From the IMG/VR virus record IMGVR_UViG_2799112320_000004, positions 16,908 through 80,907 of that record: a DNA stretch of 64,000 nucleotides. One strand, 5' to 3'. The notes beneath the pieces were generated by a model. That model worked only from the letters and a program-made list of their open reading frames with translations, did no database searches and was not told the origin of the DNA. A program made the position numbers and the translations under genes. Of the stretch, positions 45,655 through 55,003 are shown in pieces. The DNA comes from a virus. Its lineage: Duplodnaviria; Caudoviricetes. How positions within the stretch are numbered: position 1 is the stretch's first letter; each line of letters starts with the position of its first letter.

Positions 45655-48257
45655 TGCTTTGTCCAAATCAGGTTGTTGCCGGAGACGGTCGGCACGAACT
45701 TCACGCCGTTCACCCAGATGCCGGCCGAGATGTCTGTGGTGGCGCTGTTGCGGATCACGACGCCGCCTTCCTGAAGGAACGAAAAGCGCAGGAACAGCGA
45801 CGGCGGGCGCGTGCCGTTGAAGTCGAGCGTCAGCACCCAGGCGCCCGTGCCGCCCGTCCAGTTGAAGTCCCATGTCTGCGGTGCGCTGGTCTCATCGCCC
45901 CAGCCTACATCGTCAAGCGCATAACGCCAGAAGCACGATGGATGGTCCTGGGACACGACCGGCACGGGAACCGTGACTGATGTCTCGCCCACGGTGATGC
46001 CCGCGGCGTTCGCGCCGACGACCTGGGCGTCGGTTTTCTCGATCGAAAAGACCGGCGTTCCGTCATCGGCCGAAATCCGAAAATATGCGTTTGTGTCAGG
46101 GTTGAAGTCGGCGGCCATGCCGTTCGAGGATAGCACCCACACCTCGCCGTAGGTGTCCACCACCTTGGCGTACTCAAGCCCGCCGGCGATGACGGTCGTG
46201 GGCGTGGAGATCCACGTGGTGTTAGACGGCGCATCTGCGCCGAGGCCGGAGGTGGTTCTGGACCAGGCGCGCGGTGCGGCGTTCGTGAGCGCGGCGTCCG
46301 TGTACTCGTTCGCCCGTGCCAGCGTCCGCGTCAGTCCGTTCATCTCCGACCACACCGTGACGTACTCATTCGACTCGTTGAGCTGCATGAGCCGGAGCTC
46401 CGGCGCGTGGACCTGCGAGTTATAGTTCGTCACTTCCGCCACGACGTTCGATCCGGAATAAAGCCGATAGACGAGCGTCGATTCGGTTCTGAGGTCCGCT
46501 ATGTCGCTTTGGATTGATGCCGTGTCTGGGAGGTCATTCGTCAAGGCGACGCGGCCGATAAGATTCGTCACAAGAATGTCGTACCGTGTCCAGTTTGCAA
46601 CAAGCTCATCCCCCATTGAAAAGTGAAGTGTTGTCGCGTTCGGTTCGCCGCCAAGATCCGTAGGCGTTCCACCAGGCTCCAGAAACCATCCGTCCGTGGG
46701 GTACATTTCTCCGTCTGCCCCATGCCAATAAGGGCCGACCCAAGAGCTGATATTTTCTGGTGTGAATCCTGTGTAGCTTGACAAACTCCATCCGGCGTTA
46801 CGCGCAACTTCCCACACGCACCCCGTCGCGTCCGTGAAGCGAGACGGCGTGCCGTACACGGTCGCACGCGCAACCGCCCCCGTTGATGCGAACGCGCCGA
46901 GCGCGCGGTCGGTGTAGTTGGTTGCCGATCGTGCGATCTGCCACACATCCGAGGCCGTCACATCGCCATGTCCGCCGCCTGTCTGGTCCACGAGCCGCGT
47001 GGCTGCGAACACCGTGCCCATCTCACCCCACTGGTTGAAACGCTCGTCCACCTCGCCCATCACGACATTCTTCGCCGTCGCCATGTCGTTCGTGTAGGCT
47101 ACCCGGTTCACGGCGTTGGTGAACCACTGCACCGTGCGCGAGCAGGTCGTCGTGATCGAATGCTCTTGCTCTTCCTGCTCCTCCCAATAGCTCCATTCCA
47201 CTACTATCTCGCTTTCATACCGATCCTCACTCATCCGCATCGGCGTCAGCGTGCTGCTGCTGATGTACCATCCCGGTCCCTCGTAGTAGTCTTCGCCTTC
47301 GCCCTCCGCACCCCACCACCACGGGCCGTACCAGTTCAGGCCGGTCGTTGTCCAGCTGTGCACCACCGTCCACTGGCCTGTCACTACCTGCACCTGCCAC
47401 ACCACACCCGTCGCGTCCTGGTAAGTCGTTGCGTCGCTCGACCAGAGGCGCGTCATGCCGCCTGTGAGCTCCAGCGCGTCGATCTTCGCTTCCAGCCGCG
47501 CGTCCGCGCGTGCCAGCTCGTTGCTCGCGGCCCGCACGCCCTGCCACACCCTGTTCGTTGCCGTGTCCAGCCTGTTGCTGAGCTCCGCATCCACTGTGTC
47601 AACGCGCTGCGATGTGGCATTGATCGCCAGGTCCTGCGCGTCGATGCGCGCTCCAACGCCCGCTTCGGTCGCGTAGCCCTGCGCGCTGATCCACGCCCGC
47701 GTCGCGAAATTCGTGATGTCGCCTTCCGTGAGGTAGTCCGTCGGCAACTCGCTCTTGAGCGCGTAGGGCGCGAGGTCCGGAGCGGCCGGGATCTCGCTGC
47801 GCTTGGCGAAGGTCGCGTCCACGCGGTTGGATTCGGCCTCGGCGGCGCGGAGCGCCGCCTGCACGACCGCGTTCGTGGCACCGGTGATCTCGGCCTGCAG
47901 CGAGCCCTCTGCCGCTTCCACCCTGTTGCTCACCGCCGCGCCCAGCGCGCCCACCGCCGCTATGGCCACCGCATCCTCCTCGTTCGTCACCACGGGCGCA
48001 GTGTTGGGGATGTCCTCGAGCGGCGCGGTGGCGGCGTATGACTGCATGCGTACGACAGCAAGCGCAAGGCACACCGCCGCCGTCGCGATCACGCGCACGA
48101 TCTGGTCCACTTTTTGCTTCACGGTCTTGAGCGTGTAGTCATCGCCAATCTCGCCCAGGTTCACGCGATCTACCTTGTCGGTGGACGTGCCCGAAGGCAC
48201 GCCACCCCGACCGTTTCCGCCCGGGTAGAATTCTCCTCTGTCGCTGCGCTCGTCCAT
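45651..48257 (-). CDS. Fibre-like protein with an N-proximal hydrophobic segment, coiled coil, internal duplication and a C-terminal domain shared with prophage A
   Basis: APDLAPYALKSELPTDYLT fibre-type motif; C-terminal WIS.P...IA.GL.Y......G.VWVL.SNG and NWTGG.GAW shared with 2-1189. Confidence 0.65.
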   Translation of the reverse strand: MDERSDRGEFYPGGNGRGGVPSGTSTDKVDRVNLGEIGDDYTLKTVKQKVDQIVRVIATAAVCLALAVVRMQSYAATAPLEDIPNTAPVVTNEEDAVAIAAVGALGAAVSNRVEAAEGSLQAEITGATNAVVQAALRAAEAESNRVDATFAKRSEIPAAPDLAPYALKSELPTDYLTEGDITNFATRAWISAQGYATEAGVGARIDAQDLAINATSQRVDTVDAELSNRLDTATNRVWQGVRAASNELARADARLEAKIDALELTGGMTRLWSSDATTYQDATGVVWQVQVVTGQWTVVHSWTTTGLNWYGPWWWGAEGEGEDYYEGPGWYISSSTLTPMRMSEDRYESEIVVEWSYWEEQEEQEHSITTTCSRTVQWFTNAVNRVAYTNDMATAKNVVMGEVDERFNQWGEMGTVFAATRLVDQTGGGHGDVTASDVWQIARSATNYTDRALGAFASTGAVARATVYGTPSRFTDATGCVWEVARNAGWSLSSYTGFTPENISSWVGPYWHGADGEMYPTDGWFLEPGGTPTDLGGEPNATTLHFSMGDELVANWTRYDILVTNLIGRVALTNDLPDTASIQSDIADLRTESTLVYRLYSGSNVVAEVTNYNSQVHAPELRLMQLNESNEYVTVWSEMNGLTRTLARANEYTDAALTNAAPRAWSRTTSGLGADAPSNTTWISTPTTVIAGGLEYAKVVDTYGEVWVLSSNGMAADFNPDTNAYFRISADDGTPVFSIEKTDAQVVGANAAGITVGETSVTVPVPVVSQDHPSCFWRYALDDVGWGDETSAPQTWDFNWTGGTGAWVLTLDFNGTRPPSLFLRFSFLQEGGVVIRNSATTDISAGIWVNGVKFVPTVSGNNLIWTKQ

Positions 48258-50326
48258 CACCCTTCCACTCCTTCCACGCCTGTGCGGCCGATCTCGGCGT
48301 TCTCGCCGAACTGGGTGTTCTGCTGCTCGAGCGCCTCCATCCAGCGCTGCAGGTTCTCCTGCGCGACGGGCGACATCTCCGCGATCGCGTCCGGGTTCTC
48401 CTCCTGGAGCTGCTGGTAGAACTGGAGCCGCGCGCCGTAGTTCCACCTGCCCTGCGTGTCCATGCGCGGCATCACGCCCGCCTTGATGAGCGCGAAGTTC
48501 TGCTTCTCCTCCTCGAGGTCGTTCGCGGTCAGCTGCTCAGGCGAGCGCATCGCCTCCCCGCTCACCTCCGGCCAGAGCTGCCGCATCACGTGGCGTAGCA
48601 CCGGCAGCGTGTCCACGGCGCGCTCGCGGTCGATCGACTGCAGCACGCCCGCAAACGCCTGCACCTTGTCGAGCAGCGCCTTGTTGTCCAGGTTGCGCGG
48701 GTCCAGCCTGAGCGTGATGCCGAAGCTGCCCGTGATGTCCTCGCGGCGCAGGCCCTGCACGTCGCCCTCGCCCGTCACGCCCGCAAGCGCCTCGTCGCTC
48801 GCGTGGTCCTGCGCGGCCTCCACCATGAGCACGAACAGGTCCTGGAACTGGCGCAGGAACCAGTTGACCTCCTCCTGGCGCCTCTCCGTCACGTCCGTCT
48901 GGCCGTCGCTCACGCCCACGTAGGCGAGCAGCTCGGCCTTCAGGCGCTCCTCCGTCTCCTTCGCTGCGGCCGGGTACGCCGGCGGCTGCATCCAGAGCAA
49001 ATCGTCGTTGATCCCCATGTTGATCACGGAGAACGGCTCGATCACGGCGTTGCGCGTGCGCGTGCCCTTCGCCTTGATCGGAGGCAGGCTGCCGACGATG
49101 GCGTTGTTGGCCGCCATGTCGCGCACCTCCTTGGCCACGCCCTGGTCCGGCGCGCACAGCGCCGCGAGCCCGCGCGCGGCGAGCAGGTTCCGCCCCGTCA
49201 CCTCGCGGCGAAAGAACGCGACGCCCCACGTCCCGCGCCGGCTGCGTATCGCGCGCTGGCCGAACGCGCTGCCGTCGGCGTGCCCGAGCACCGTCACCCA
49301 GCGCACGGTCTCGCCCGCGTCCGTCGTCACGGCCTCGTAGCACCACACGATGTTGCACAGGTCCTTCACGTCGTCGTTCGGACGCGTCGCCTCGTCGTAG
49401 AAGCTCGCGCCCTTGTAACGCAGCTCCTCCTCCACCCATTCGGGATCCCAGCCGTCGCTCTCAATCCGCTCGCGCAGCTGCTCCTCCGTCACCCACTCGC
49501 CCCGGAACCACGGGCTCGCGTAGTCGAAGTCGCTCGCCTCCCGCGGAATGCAGAAGTCGTCGCCGTACCTGAGCGCCTTCAGCTCCACGCCCTCGTCCGC
49601 CGGTCCCCGGCAGAGGCATTCGCACTCGCCCTCCTCGGCGAGCGCGCGCCGCACGGCCTCTGCGTCCTCCTGTCGGACGCCCTGCGCGACGAGGAACGCA
49701 TCCAGCTGCTCCGTGGCAGCCTCGTCCTCGCCGCGCAGGCCCATCCAGTATTTTCCCTCGAGCGTAGCCGGATCGGTCTCTTCGCTCCCGTTCGCGGCTA
49801 CATATTGCGCGGCAAGCTCTTCCGCGTTGAGCTCGCGGACGGCCAGCGAGGCGCGACGGCGCCAGGAAACGTCCATCGCCGCCACCGCCGGGCTGTCCAC
49901 GAGCATGTACCTGAGCAGGGCCAGGAACTCGGCGTAGCCTTTCGCCCCCAGCCTTCCCATCTCCCATCCGAGAAGCCTCTTGAGCGCATTGGCGCGCCGC
50001 TCGGCGTCCGGGCCCGCCCCGCAGGCGAACTCCACCTCGCAGCTCGACAGCGCGATCATGACGAGGGCGATCTTGTCAAGGACCACCTTCTCGCCCCAGC
50101 GCACGCGCTGGTCGCTCGCGCCGTCGAAAGGCCAGGCGCATTCGGTCTTGGTGTCGTGCACCGTGCCGTCCGCGTTCTGGCCGTCCCACACGCAGTAGAA
50201 CGCCTCCTCGGCGGCCGAGCGGCTGCCGTAGAACTGGCGCGAGCGTTCGCGCCACCAACCGAGCGCTAGAAGCAGGTCGTTCCGCTTCTCGTCGCCCAGC
50301 GCCCTCTGCGTGCCGATGCGCCTCAT
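48257..50326 (-). CDS. Portal (head-tail connector) protein
   Basis: 689 aa adjacent to the capsid gene; WPFDGASD motif; GLAALCAPDQGVAKEVRDMAANNAIVGSLPP stem region; podoviral portal size. Confidence 0.75.
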   Translation of the reverse strand: MRRIGTQRALGDEKRNDLLLALGWWRERSRQFYGSRSAAEEAFYCVWDGQNADGTVHDTKTECAWPFDGASDQRVRWGEKVVLDKIALVMIALSSCEVEFACGAGPDAERRANALKRLLGWEMGRLGAKGYAEFLALLRYMLVDSPAVAAMDVSWRRRASLAVRELNAEELAAQYVAANGSEETDPATLEGKYWMGLRGEDEAATEQLDAFLVAQGVRQEDAEAVRRALAEEGECECLCRGPADEGVELKALRYGDDFCIPREASDFDYASPWFRGEWVTEEQLRERIESDGWDPEWVEEELRYKGASFYDEATRPNDDVKDLCNIVWCYEAVTTDAGETVRWVTVLGHADGSAFGQRAIRSRRGTWGVAFFRREVTGRNLLAARGLAALCAPDQGVAKEVRDMAANNAIVGSLPPIKAKGTRTRNAVIEPFSVINMGINDDLLWMQPPAYPAAAKETEERLKAELLAYVGVSDGQTDVTERRQEEVNWFLRQFQDLFVLMVEAAQDHASDEALAGVTGEGDVQGLRREDITGSFGITLRLDPRNLDNKALLDKVQAFAGVLQSIDRERAVDTLPVLRHVMRQLWPEVSGEAMRSPEQLTANDLEEEKQNFALIKAGVMPRMDTQGRWNYGARLQFYQQLQEENPDAIAEMSPVAQENLQRWMEALEQQNTQFGENAEIGRTGVEGVEG

Positions 50327-50334
50327 TTCGCCCC

Positions 50335-51381
50335 TCAGACGCTATGCACCACGCGCAGCTGACCCATCGGGTTCAGGCAGGTGAGGCGCAGCGTGGCGTC
50401 ATGGTAGCCGCCGGGGCCGCCGCCCTCGTCCTCGATGTCGTAGTGCGTGATCGGATCGAGCGTCGCCACGCCCCACAGCTCCGGACGGATGAACGCGCCG
50501 GACCAGTACGAGGCGTCCTGCATCGCGAGCGTGGTGGGATCGGCGAGCAGGTTGTCGTCGCACATCACGTGGAGCGTCACGCCGTCGTACACGAAGTCGT
50601 CCACGATGAGCTGGATCTTCTTCGAGTCCTGCGTGCGCTGGAGCGTGTTGACGGCGTTCTGCGTCACGGTGGCCTTCGCGAGCCATTCGCTCATGATGCC
50701 CTTCAGGTACGTGCCCACGAGGCCCACGAGCTTCAGGTTCGAGCCGCCCACCTGGATCTTCGCCTTCTGGAGCTCGGCCTTGAAGATCGCCTCGGTGAGG
50801 CTCTGCACGTTGCCCTCGTAGCCGGCCACCGGGTGGAGGTACTTCGCGATCGGGTACGTCGGGTGGATCGCGGCCGCGTCCTGCGCGTCCGTGTTCGAGC
50901 CCGTGTGCGTCCACTTCTTCAGCCAGTTCATGAGGCCGCGCGTCACCGGCGCGCCGCTCGTCGCGGCGTACGTGGCGGCCTCCTGGTCGCTCGAGATCGC
51001 GCGCTCGATGTTGATCGCGAGGTCGCGTGCGTCCGCCGCGCGCTTGGTTGCGGCCGCCTGGCCCTTCTTCTCGTTGTGGCCCGGCAGCTTCTGGCGCAGG
51101 CGCGTCACGCGCCAGCCCTTCGAGCGGAACTGCTCGATCACCTCGGTCATCACCGCGTTGATCTTCTTGTTCGCCGTCGTCTTGTCGTAGTCCACTCCCT
51201 CCGCCACCTTCGGGTTGTACACCTCGGGCAGCGCCTCGACCTCCACGTCCTGCGTGATGTCGATCGGCGCCTTGATGCGGCCGATGACGGTCTGGAGCGG
51301 CAGGTCGTCCATGAACGACTTGACCACGCCGTCGTGGAAATCGGGATCCACGAGCTCCCTGTCTACGGTAAAGTATGCCAT
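50335..51381 (-). CDS. Major capsid protein (SU10/DUF5309-like)
   Basis: 348 aa following a scaffold; EQFR..WRVTRL, DLAINIERAISSDQ and final TLRLTCLNP pattern. Confidence 0.75.
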   Translation of the reverse strand: MAYFTVDRELVDPDFHDGVVKSFMDDLPLQTVIGRIKAPIDITQDVEVEALPEVYNPKVAEGVDYDKTTANKKINAVMTEVIEQFRSKGWRVTRLRQKLPGHNEKKGQAAATKRAADARDLAINIERAISSDQEAATYAATSGAPVTRGLMNWLKKWTHTGSNTDAQDAAAIHPTYPIAKYLHPVAGYEGNVQSLTEAIFKAELQKAKIQVGGSNLKLVGLVGTYLKGIMSEWLAKATVTQNAVNTLQRTQDSKKIQLIVDDFVYDGVTLHVMCDDNLLADPTTLAMQDASYWSGAFIRPELWGVATLDPITHYDIEDEGGGPGGYHDATLRLTCLNPMGQLRVVHSV

Positions 51382-51384
51382 TTT

Positions 51385-52185
51385 CTAGTCCTTTTCGCTT
51401 TCCTGGATCAGGGCCGCGAGCGAGTTTTTCCCGCTGGCGCTTCCCCAGTCCACCTTGCCGCCCTTCCTCCGCTCCGGCTTCCTTTCGCTCGTCGGATGGT
51501 CAAGCGGCGTTTTCTTCTTTGGCGAGCCCTTCGGCCCGCCGCCCTGCGGCTCCTTCTTCGCTCCTGGCTTCCAGCCGGCCTTCATGGCCTGGCGTCCCAG
51601 CTCGAAGATGTCCCGCACCTTCTTCTGAAGGCTCTTCTCCTGCTCGCCGCAGCGGCGCTCGATCCTGTCGTTCTCGTCGCGCAGCTCGCGGAGGCGCGCC
51701 CTCACCTGCTTCCTGGTCAGCGTCCTGTCCCCGACTTCCAACTCCTCGTTGTCCTCGTCGTCGAGCCAGTTCTCGTAGAACGCGATGAGGCCATGATTCT
51801 CGTCGCGCCTCTCGATGGCCTGTGCCAGGTCCTTGGACATCAGGCTGGGCAGCACGCCCGCCGACTTCGCCGCCGCGATGAACGTCTCCGCGTCGTCTCC
51901 GCCCAGCTTCTTCGCATCCTCCAGCTCGGCTTCGAGCTCCCTGACGCGACGTTCCGCGTCCTTCGCCCGTCCCACAAGCTTCATGATGCGCTTCTGCGCC
52001 CTCTTTCCAAGGTTGCCTTCCTCGCCCTCGTCCTCGTCGTCGTCCTCTTCGTCGTCGTCTTCGGAGTTATCTTCATCGACCTGTTCATCGTTGTCGACAA
52101 CTTCCTCGTCGGCGTCCGTCTCGGGCGTCTCCTCGTCCTCTGGCGTGTCCAGCTCTGTGGTATCTTTGATTTCGTCGTCTTCCAT
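51385..52185 (-). CDS. Capsid scaffolding protein
   Basis: Very acidic N-terminus, KRIMKLVGRAKDAERRVRELEAEL coiled coil, basic C-tail; directly before the capsid gene. Confidence 0.75.
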   Translation of the reverse strand: MEDDEIKDTTELDTPEDEETPETDADEEVVDNDEQVDEDNSEDDDEEDDDEDEGEEGNLGKRAQKRIMKLVGRAKDAERRVRELEAELEDAKKLGGDDAETFIAAAKSAGVLPSLMSKDLAQAIERRDENHGLIAFYENWLDDEDNEELEVGDRTLTRKQVRARLRELRDENDRIERRCGEQEKSLQKKVRDIFELGRQAMKAGWKPGAKKEPQGGGPKGSPKKKTPLDHPTSERKPERRKGGKVDWGSASGKNSLAALIQESEKD

Positions 52186-52378
52186 GGTTTTTCTTTCCCG
52201 CAGATTTTCTTTACGCGACTCGGAGACTGCGACCTTCCGCTCGCGACAAACACATTTTCCCAAAAGTCAATAGCCCCCGCGAGAAAAATCTACCGAAAGG
52301 CACGATTTTTCCCCCTTGTATTACAATCTGTATGCGCTTTCCGTGTCACTCGCCGCGGCTAAGCCTCGCGCGGCCCCT

Positions 52379-54382
52379 TCAACGCCTCCTCCCTCCGGCC
52401 GCGATGCGGCGCTTCGTGTTTCGTGATTCGTGGTTCGCGGTTCGTTTTTCCTGCCCTTCGCCCGACATGTCCTCCGTCGCCTCGAGGATTCCGGAGAGCA
52501 CGGCGTAGCGGTCCAGGTCGATCATGTCCTTGCACGCGCCCTTCTGGCCGTCCGCGCCCGTGTACATGCCGTACGCGGCTATCGTGTTCACGCACGCGGC
52601 GCTCACCTTGTAGCGTCCGCTCTTCACCAGGTCCTGCAGCACGTCCAGCCCCACGCTGATCTTCTGTCCGCTCGCCGGCGTGAATCCCTCCGCGAGACGG
52701 CTCACCTGCTCGAAGAGGCTTGTGTTCTCCTTCGCCCCGATCTTGCTCTGGCTCGCCGCCCGCGCGTCGATCACGCGGTATTCGATCTGCTCCGCCGTGC
52801 CGTCCAGCTCGCTCCACTCCTCCACCTCGTCCAGCTCCGCCTCCGGATCGTAGCACGTCCATCCCTCGAGTCGCGCGATCTCGCGCTTATAGGCGAGAAA
52901 GCCGAACCCGAAATCTTCCTGTCCGTCGCCCCGCTCGCCGTCGTTGATCCCGCCCTTGCGGTCGCTCGGCACGGCCCACGGCCCCGGCACGCCCACGCCC
53001 GGTATCTCGTAGTTGCCCGGCCATTCGCGGTACTTGTACAGCACGCCTCCCTTCACTTCGTAGCCGTACCACCCGAACGCCCAGTTGCGCTCCGGCGCCG
53101 GGTCCACCACCATGATGCGCACGAGCTTCTGCGGGATTTCCTCCGGCGCCACCACGTTGCGCTCCCGCTTGAACTTCTTGAAGATGACGCCCCGCACCTG
53201 CTCCGCGATGCCGTACACGCGCTTGCGGATCATGGCCGTCGCGTTCGCGTTCTTCTGCGCGTTCGCGATCACCTCTCCCGGCATGCCGTACGGGTTGTCC
53301 CTTCCGAAGAACCAGATCGCGGCCGCCTCGCCGCCCTTGCACGACGCGATGCGCGGCGTCACCTCGAACCGGCGCCGCCCCTGCGCGGCCATTGCGGACA
53401 CCTTGTCGGGCGTTCCCGACATGATCTCCGCGTACGTCTCCGGCCGCGCCTCCGGCACGCCGGGATCCTCCTTGCCGCCGCCGTCGCGCCACGCGCTCAG
53501 CCGCGCCCATTCGGCCTCCTCCAGCCCGAGCTCGCTCCACGGCTCCGGCGGCCCTCCGTCCACCGGCTGCATGTACGCCGTGTGCCAGCGCGTCACGGCC
53601 ATGCCCTCCATGTAGTCCTTCACGACCGGCGTGTAGCCGCTCACCGGCGTGAACGTGCCGAGCAGGAAGCCGCGCTTCGACGCGAGACGGAACCTCGCCG
53701 CGTCCAGGAAGCTCTTCGGGAACTCCTCGTCCAGCCAGCACAAGTCGAGCGCGCTGCCCTCCATCGCACCGTCCACGTTCATGTCGTAGCTCACGAACCG
53801 GATGTCGCTGCCGTTCCCGAACGTGATCTTGCTCGAGCTGAAGCCGTTCTGCTTCGTGTAGCTGATGTGCTCCTCGTTGTCCTTCGCCTTTCGTCCCGCG
53901 ATGTTTCGCGCCTTGAGCTCCTTCGGCAGGTAGTGCCACACGCGCGGCATCTGCACCTGCTTTCCCGTCGGCAACGTCTGCATGCCGATGTTCGCGCTGC
54001 GGCCTCCGAGCATGCACGTTCGGATCGCGAGCTTCGAGGCGAAGTCCGTCTTCCCCGAACGGTTCGCGCCCATTATCAGGATCTCCCCCACGGGCCGCGC
54101 GAAACCGAGACGCCGGCGCGTCTCGGCGCAGAACGCCTCCCAGTCGCCGCCTGCCGCGCGCCGGTCGGCGTCCGTTGGCTCGTAGCCGCGCATCAGCGCG
54201 CGCGCCACGGTCCAGATCGGCGGCTCGTAGCCGTGCCGGTACGGATCCTCCCGCATCCTCGCGAGGAGCGATTCACGGCCCTTGGCCAGCCACGCGGCGG
54301 CCGTTTTTTCGTCCACGCCGCGCTGCGCGGCGACTCTCCGCACCTGCGCGGCGTCGAACGGCTGGTAGAACTGGTCTCTCAT
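52379..54382 (-). CDS. terL: Terminase large subunit
   Basis: Walker A IMGANRSGKT, Walker B CWLDEE, coupling motif TFTP, nuclease VVDPA and KDMIDLDRY. Confidence 0.9.
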   Translation of the reverse strand: MRDQFYQPFDAAQVRRVAAQRGVDEKTAAAWLAKGRESLLARMREDPYRHGYEPPIWTVARALMRGYEPTDADRRAAGGDWEAFCAETRRRLGFARPVGEILIMGANRSGKTDFASKLAIRTCMLGGRSANIGMQTLPTGKQVQMPRVWHYLPKELKARNIAGRKAKDNEEHISYTKQNGFSSSKITFGNGSDIRFVSYDMNVDGAMEGSALDLCWLDEEFPKSFLDAARFRLASKRGFLLGTFTPVSGYTPVVKDYMEGMAVTRWHTAYMQPVDGGPPEPWSELGLEEAEWARLSAWRDGGGKEDPGVPEARPETYAEIMSGTPDKVSAMAAQGRRRFEVTPRIASCKGGEAAAIWFFGRDNPYGMPGEVIANAQKNANATAMIRKRVYGIAEQVRGVIFKKFKRERNVVAPEEIPQKLVRIMVVDPAPERNWAFGWYGYEVKGGVLYKYREWPGNYEIPGVGVPGPWAVPSDRKGGINDGERGDGQEDFGFGFLAYKREIARLEGWTCYDPEAELDEVEEWSELDGTAEQIEYRVIDARAASQSKIGAKENTSLFEQVSRLAEGFTPASGQKISVGLDVLQDLVKSGRYKVSAACVNTIAAYGMYTGADGQKGACKDMIDLDRYAVLSGILEATEDMSGEGQEKRTANHESRNTKRRIAAGGRRR

Positions 54383-54633
54383 GCCTTTATGCAACGGTTG
54401 TCGAATTTCTTATACGCATCCAGGTAGTACTCCCTTTTCCCCGTATTGTATGTCACCTCGTAGTACATTCCATCGTTCAACGTCGTTGATATAAGCCACT
54501 TGCAATTTCCAAGGATGTAGCATTGCCAAACCACATAGATTCCATAACCCGGCCTCTCGTCACTCTTATCCAGATGTTCATCCACCCATTCATCGACTAT
54601 TCTCATCGCGCGTTCGTTTTTGTCTTCGTCCAT
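54379..54633 (-). CDS. Small low-GC phage protein (DUF6275-like)
   Basis: IYVVWQCYILGNCKWLISTTLNDGMYYEVTYN..K.EYYLDAYKK.DN..I. Confidence 0.7.
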   Translation of the reverse strand: MDEDKNERAMRIVDEWVDEHLDKSDERPGYGIYVVWQCYILGNCKWLISTTLNDGMYYEVTYNTGKREYYLDAYKKFDNRCIKA

Positions 54634-54682
54634 TTCTTTTTTCCTTTCTTGTTTTTCTCCTTCGCACCGTGCGAAGGAAAAC

Positions 54683-55003
54683 TCATTCCGCGTTCCTCAG
54701 ACGCCCCTGCTGGCGCATGGCCGCGCAGTAGAGGTCCTCGAACTTGGCGATTCCCGCGAGCATGCCGCGCATCGTCGCCAGCTCGTCCGCGCCCATCTTC
54801 TTCTTGCTCCGCGCAAGGCTCCACGTCACCTCCTCGCGCACCTGGCGCGCCACGGCGAGCGGCACGCTCAGGTCCATGTCCGTGTTCTTCTCGAAGTAGC
54901 GGCACACCTGCTCTTCGGTGATTCCGTCCACCATTTCGTCCAGCGTCGGCTCCCCTTCCGCCTCCGCCGTGAAGAAATCCACTATCGCCCTCCAGATCCT
55001 CAC
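54683..55003 (-). CDS. Hypothetical protein
   Basis: GTG overlaps the DnaB stop; codon style matches neighbours. Confidence 0.55.
   Translation of the reverse strand: MRIWRAIVDFFTAEAEGEPTLDEMVDGITEEQVCRYFEKNTDMDLSVPLAVARQVREEVTWSLARSKKKMGADELATMRGMLAGIAKFEDLYCAAMRQQGRLRNAE

Noticed and set aside
52190-52378. Late promoter in the TerL-scaffold intergenic region
   Set aside because: A TTGACT is present on the minus strand but I find no properly spaced -10 box; AT-richness alone is insufficient
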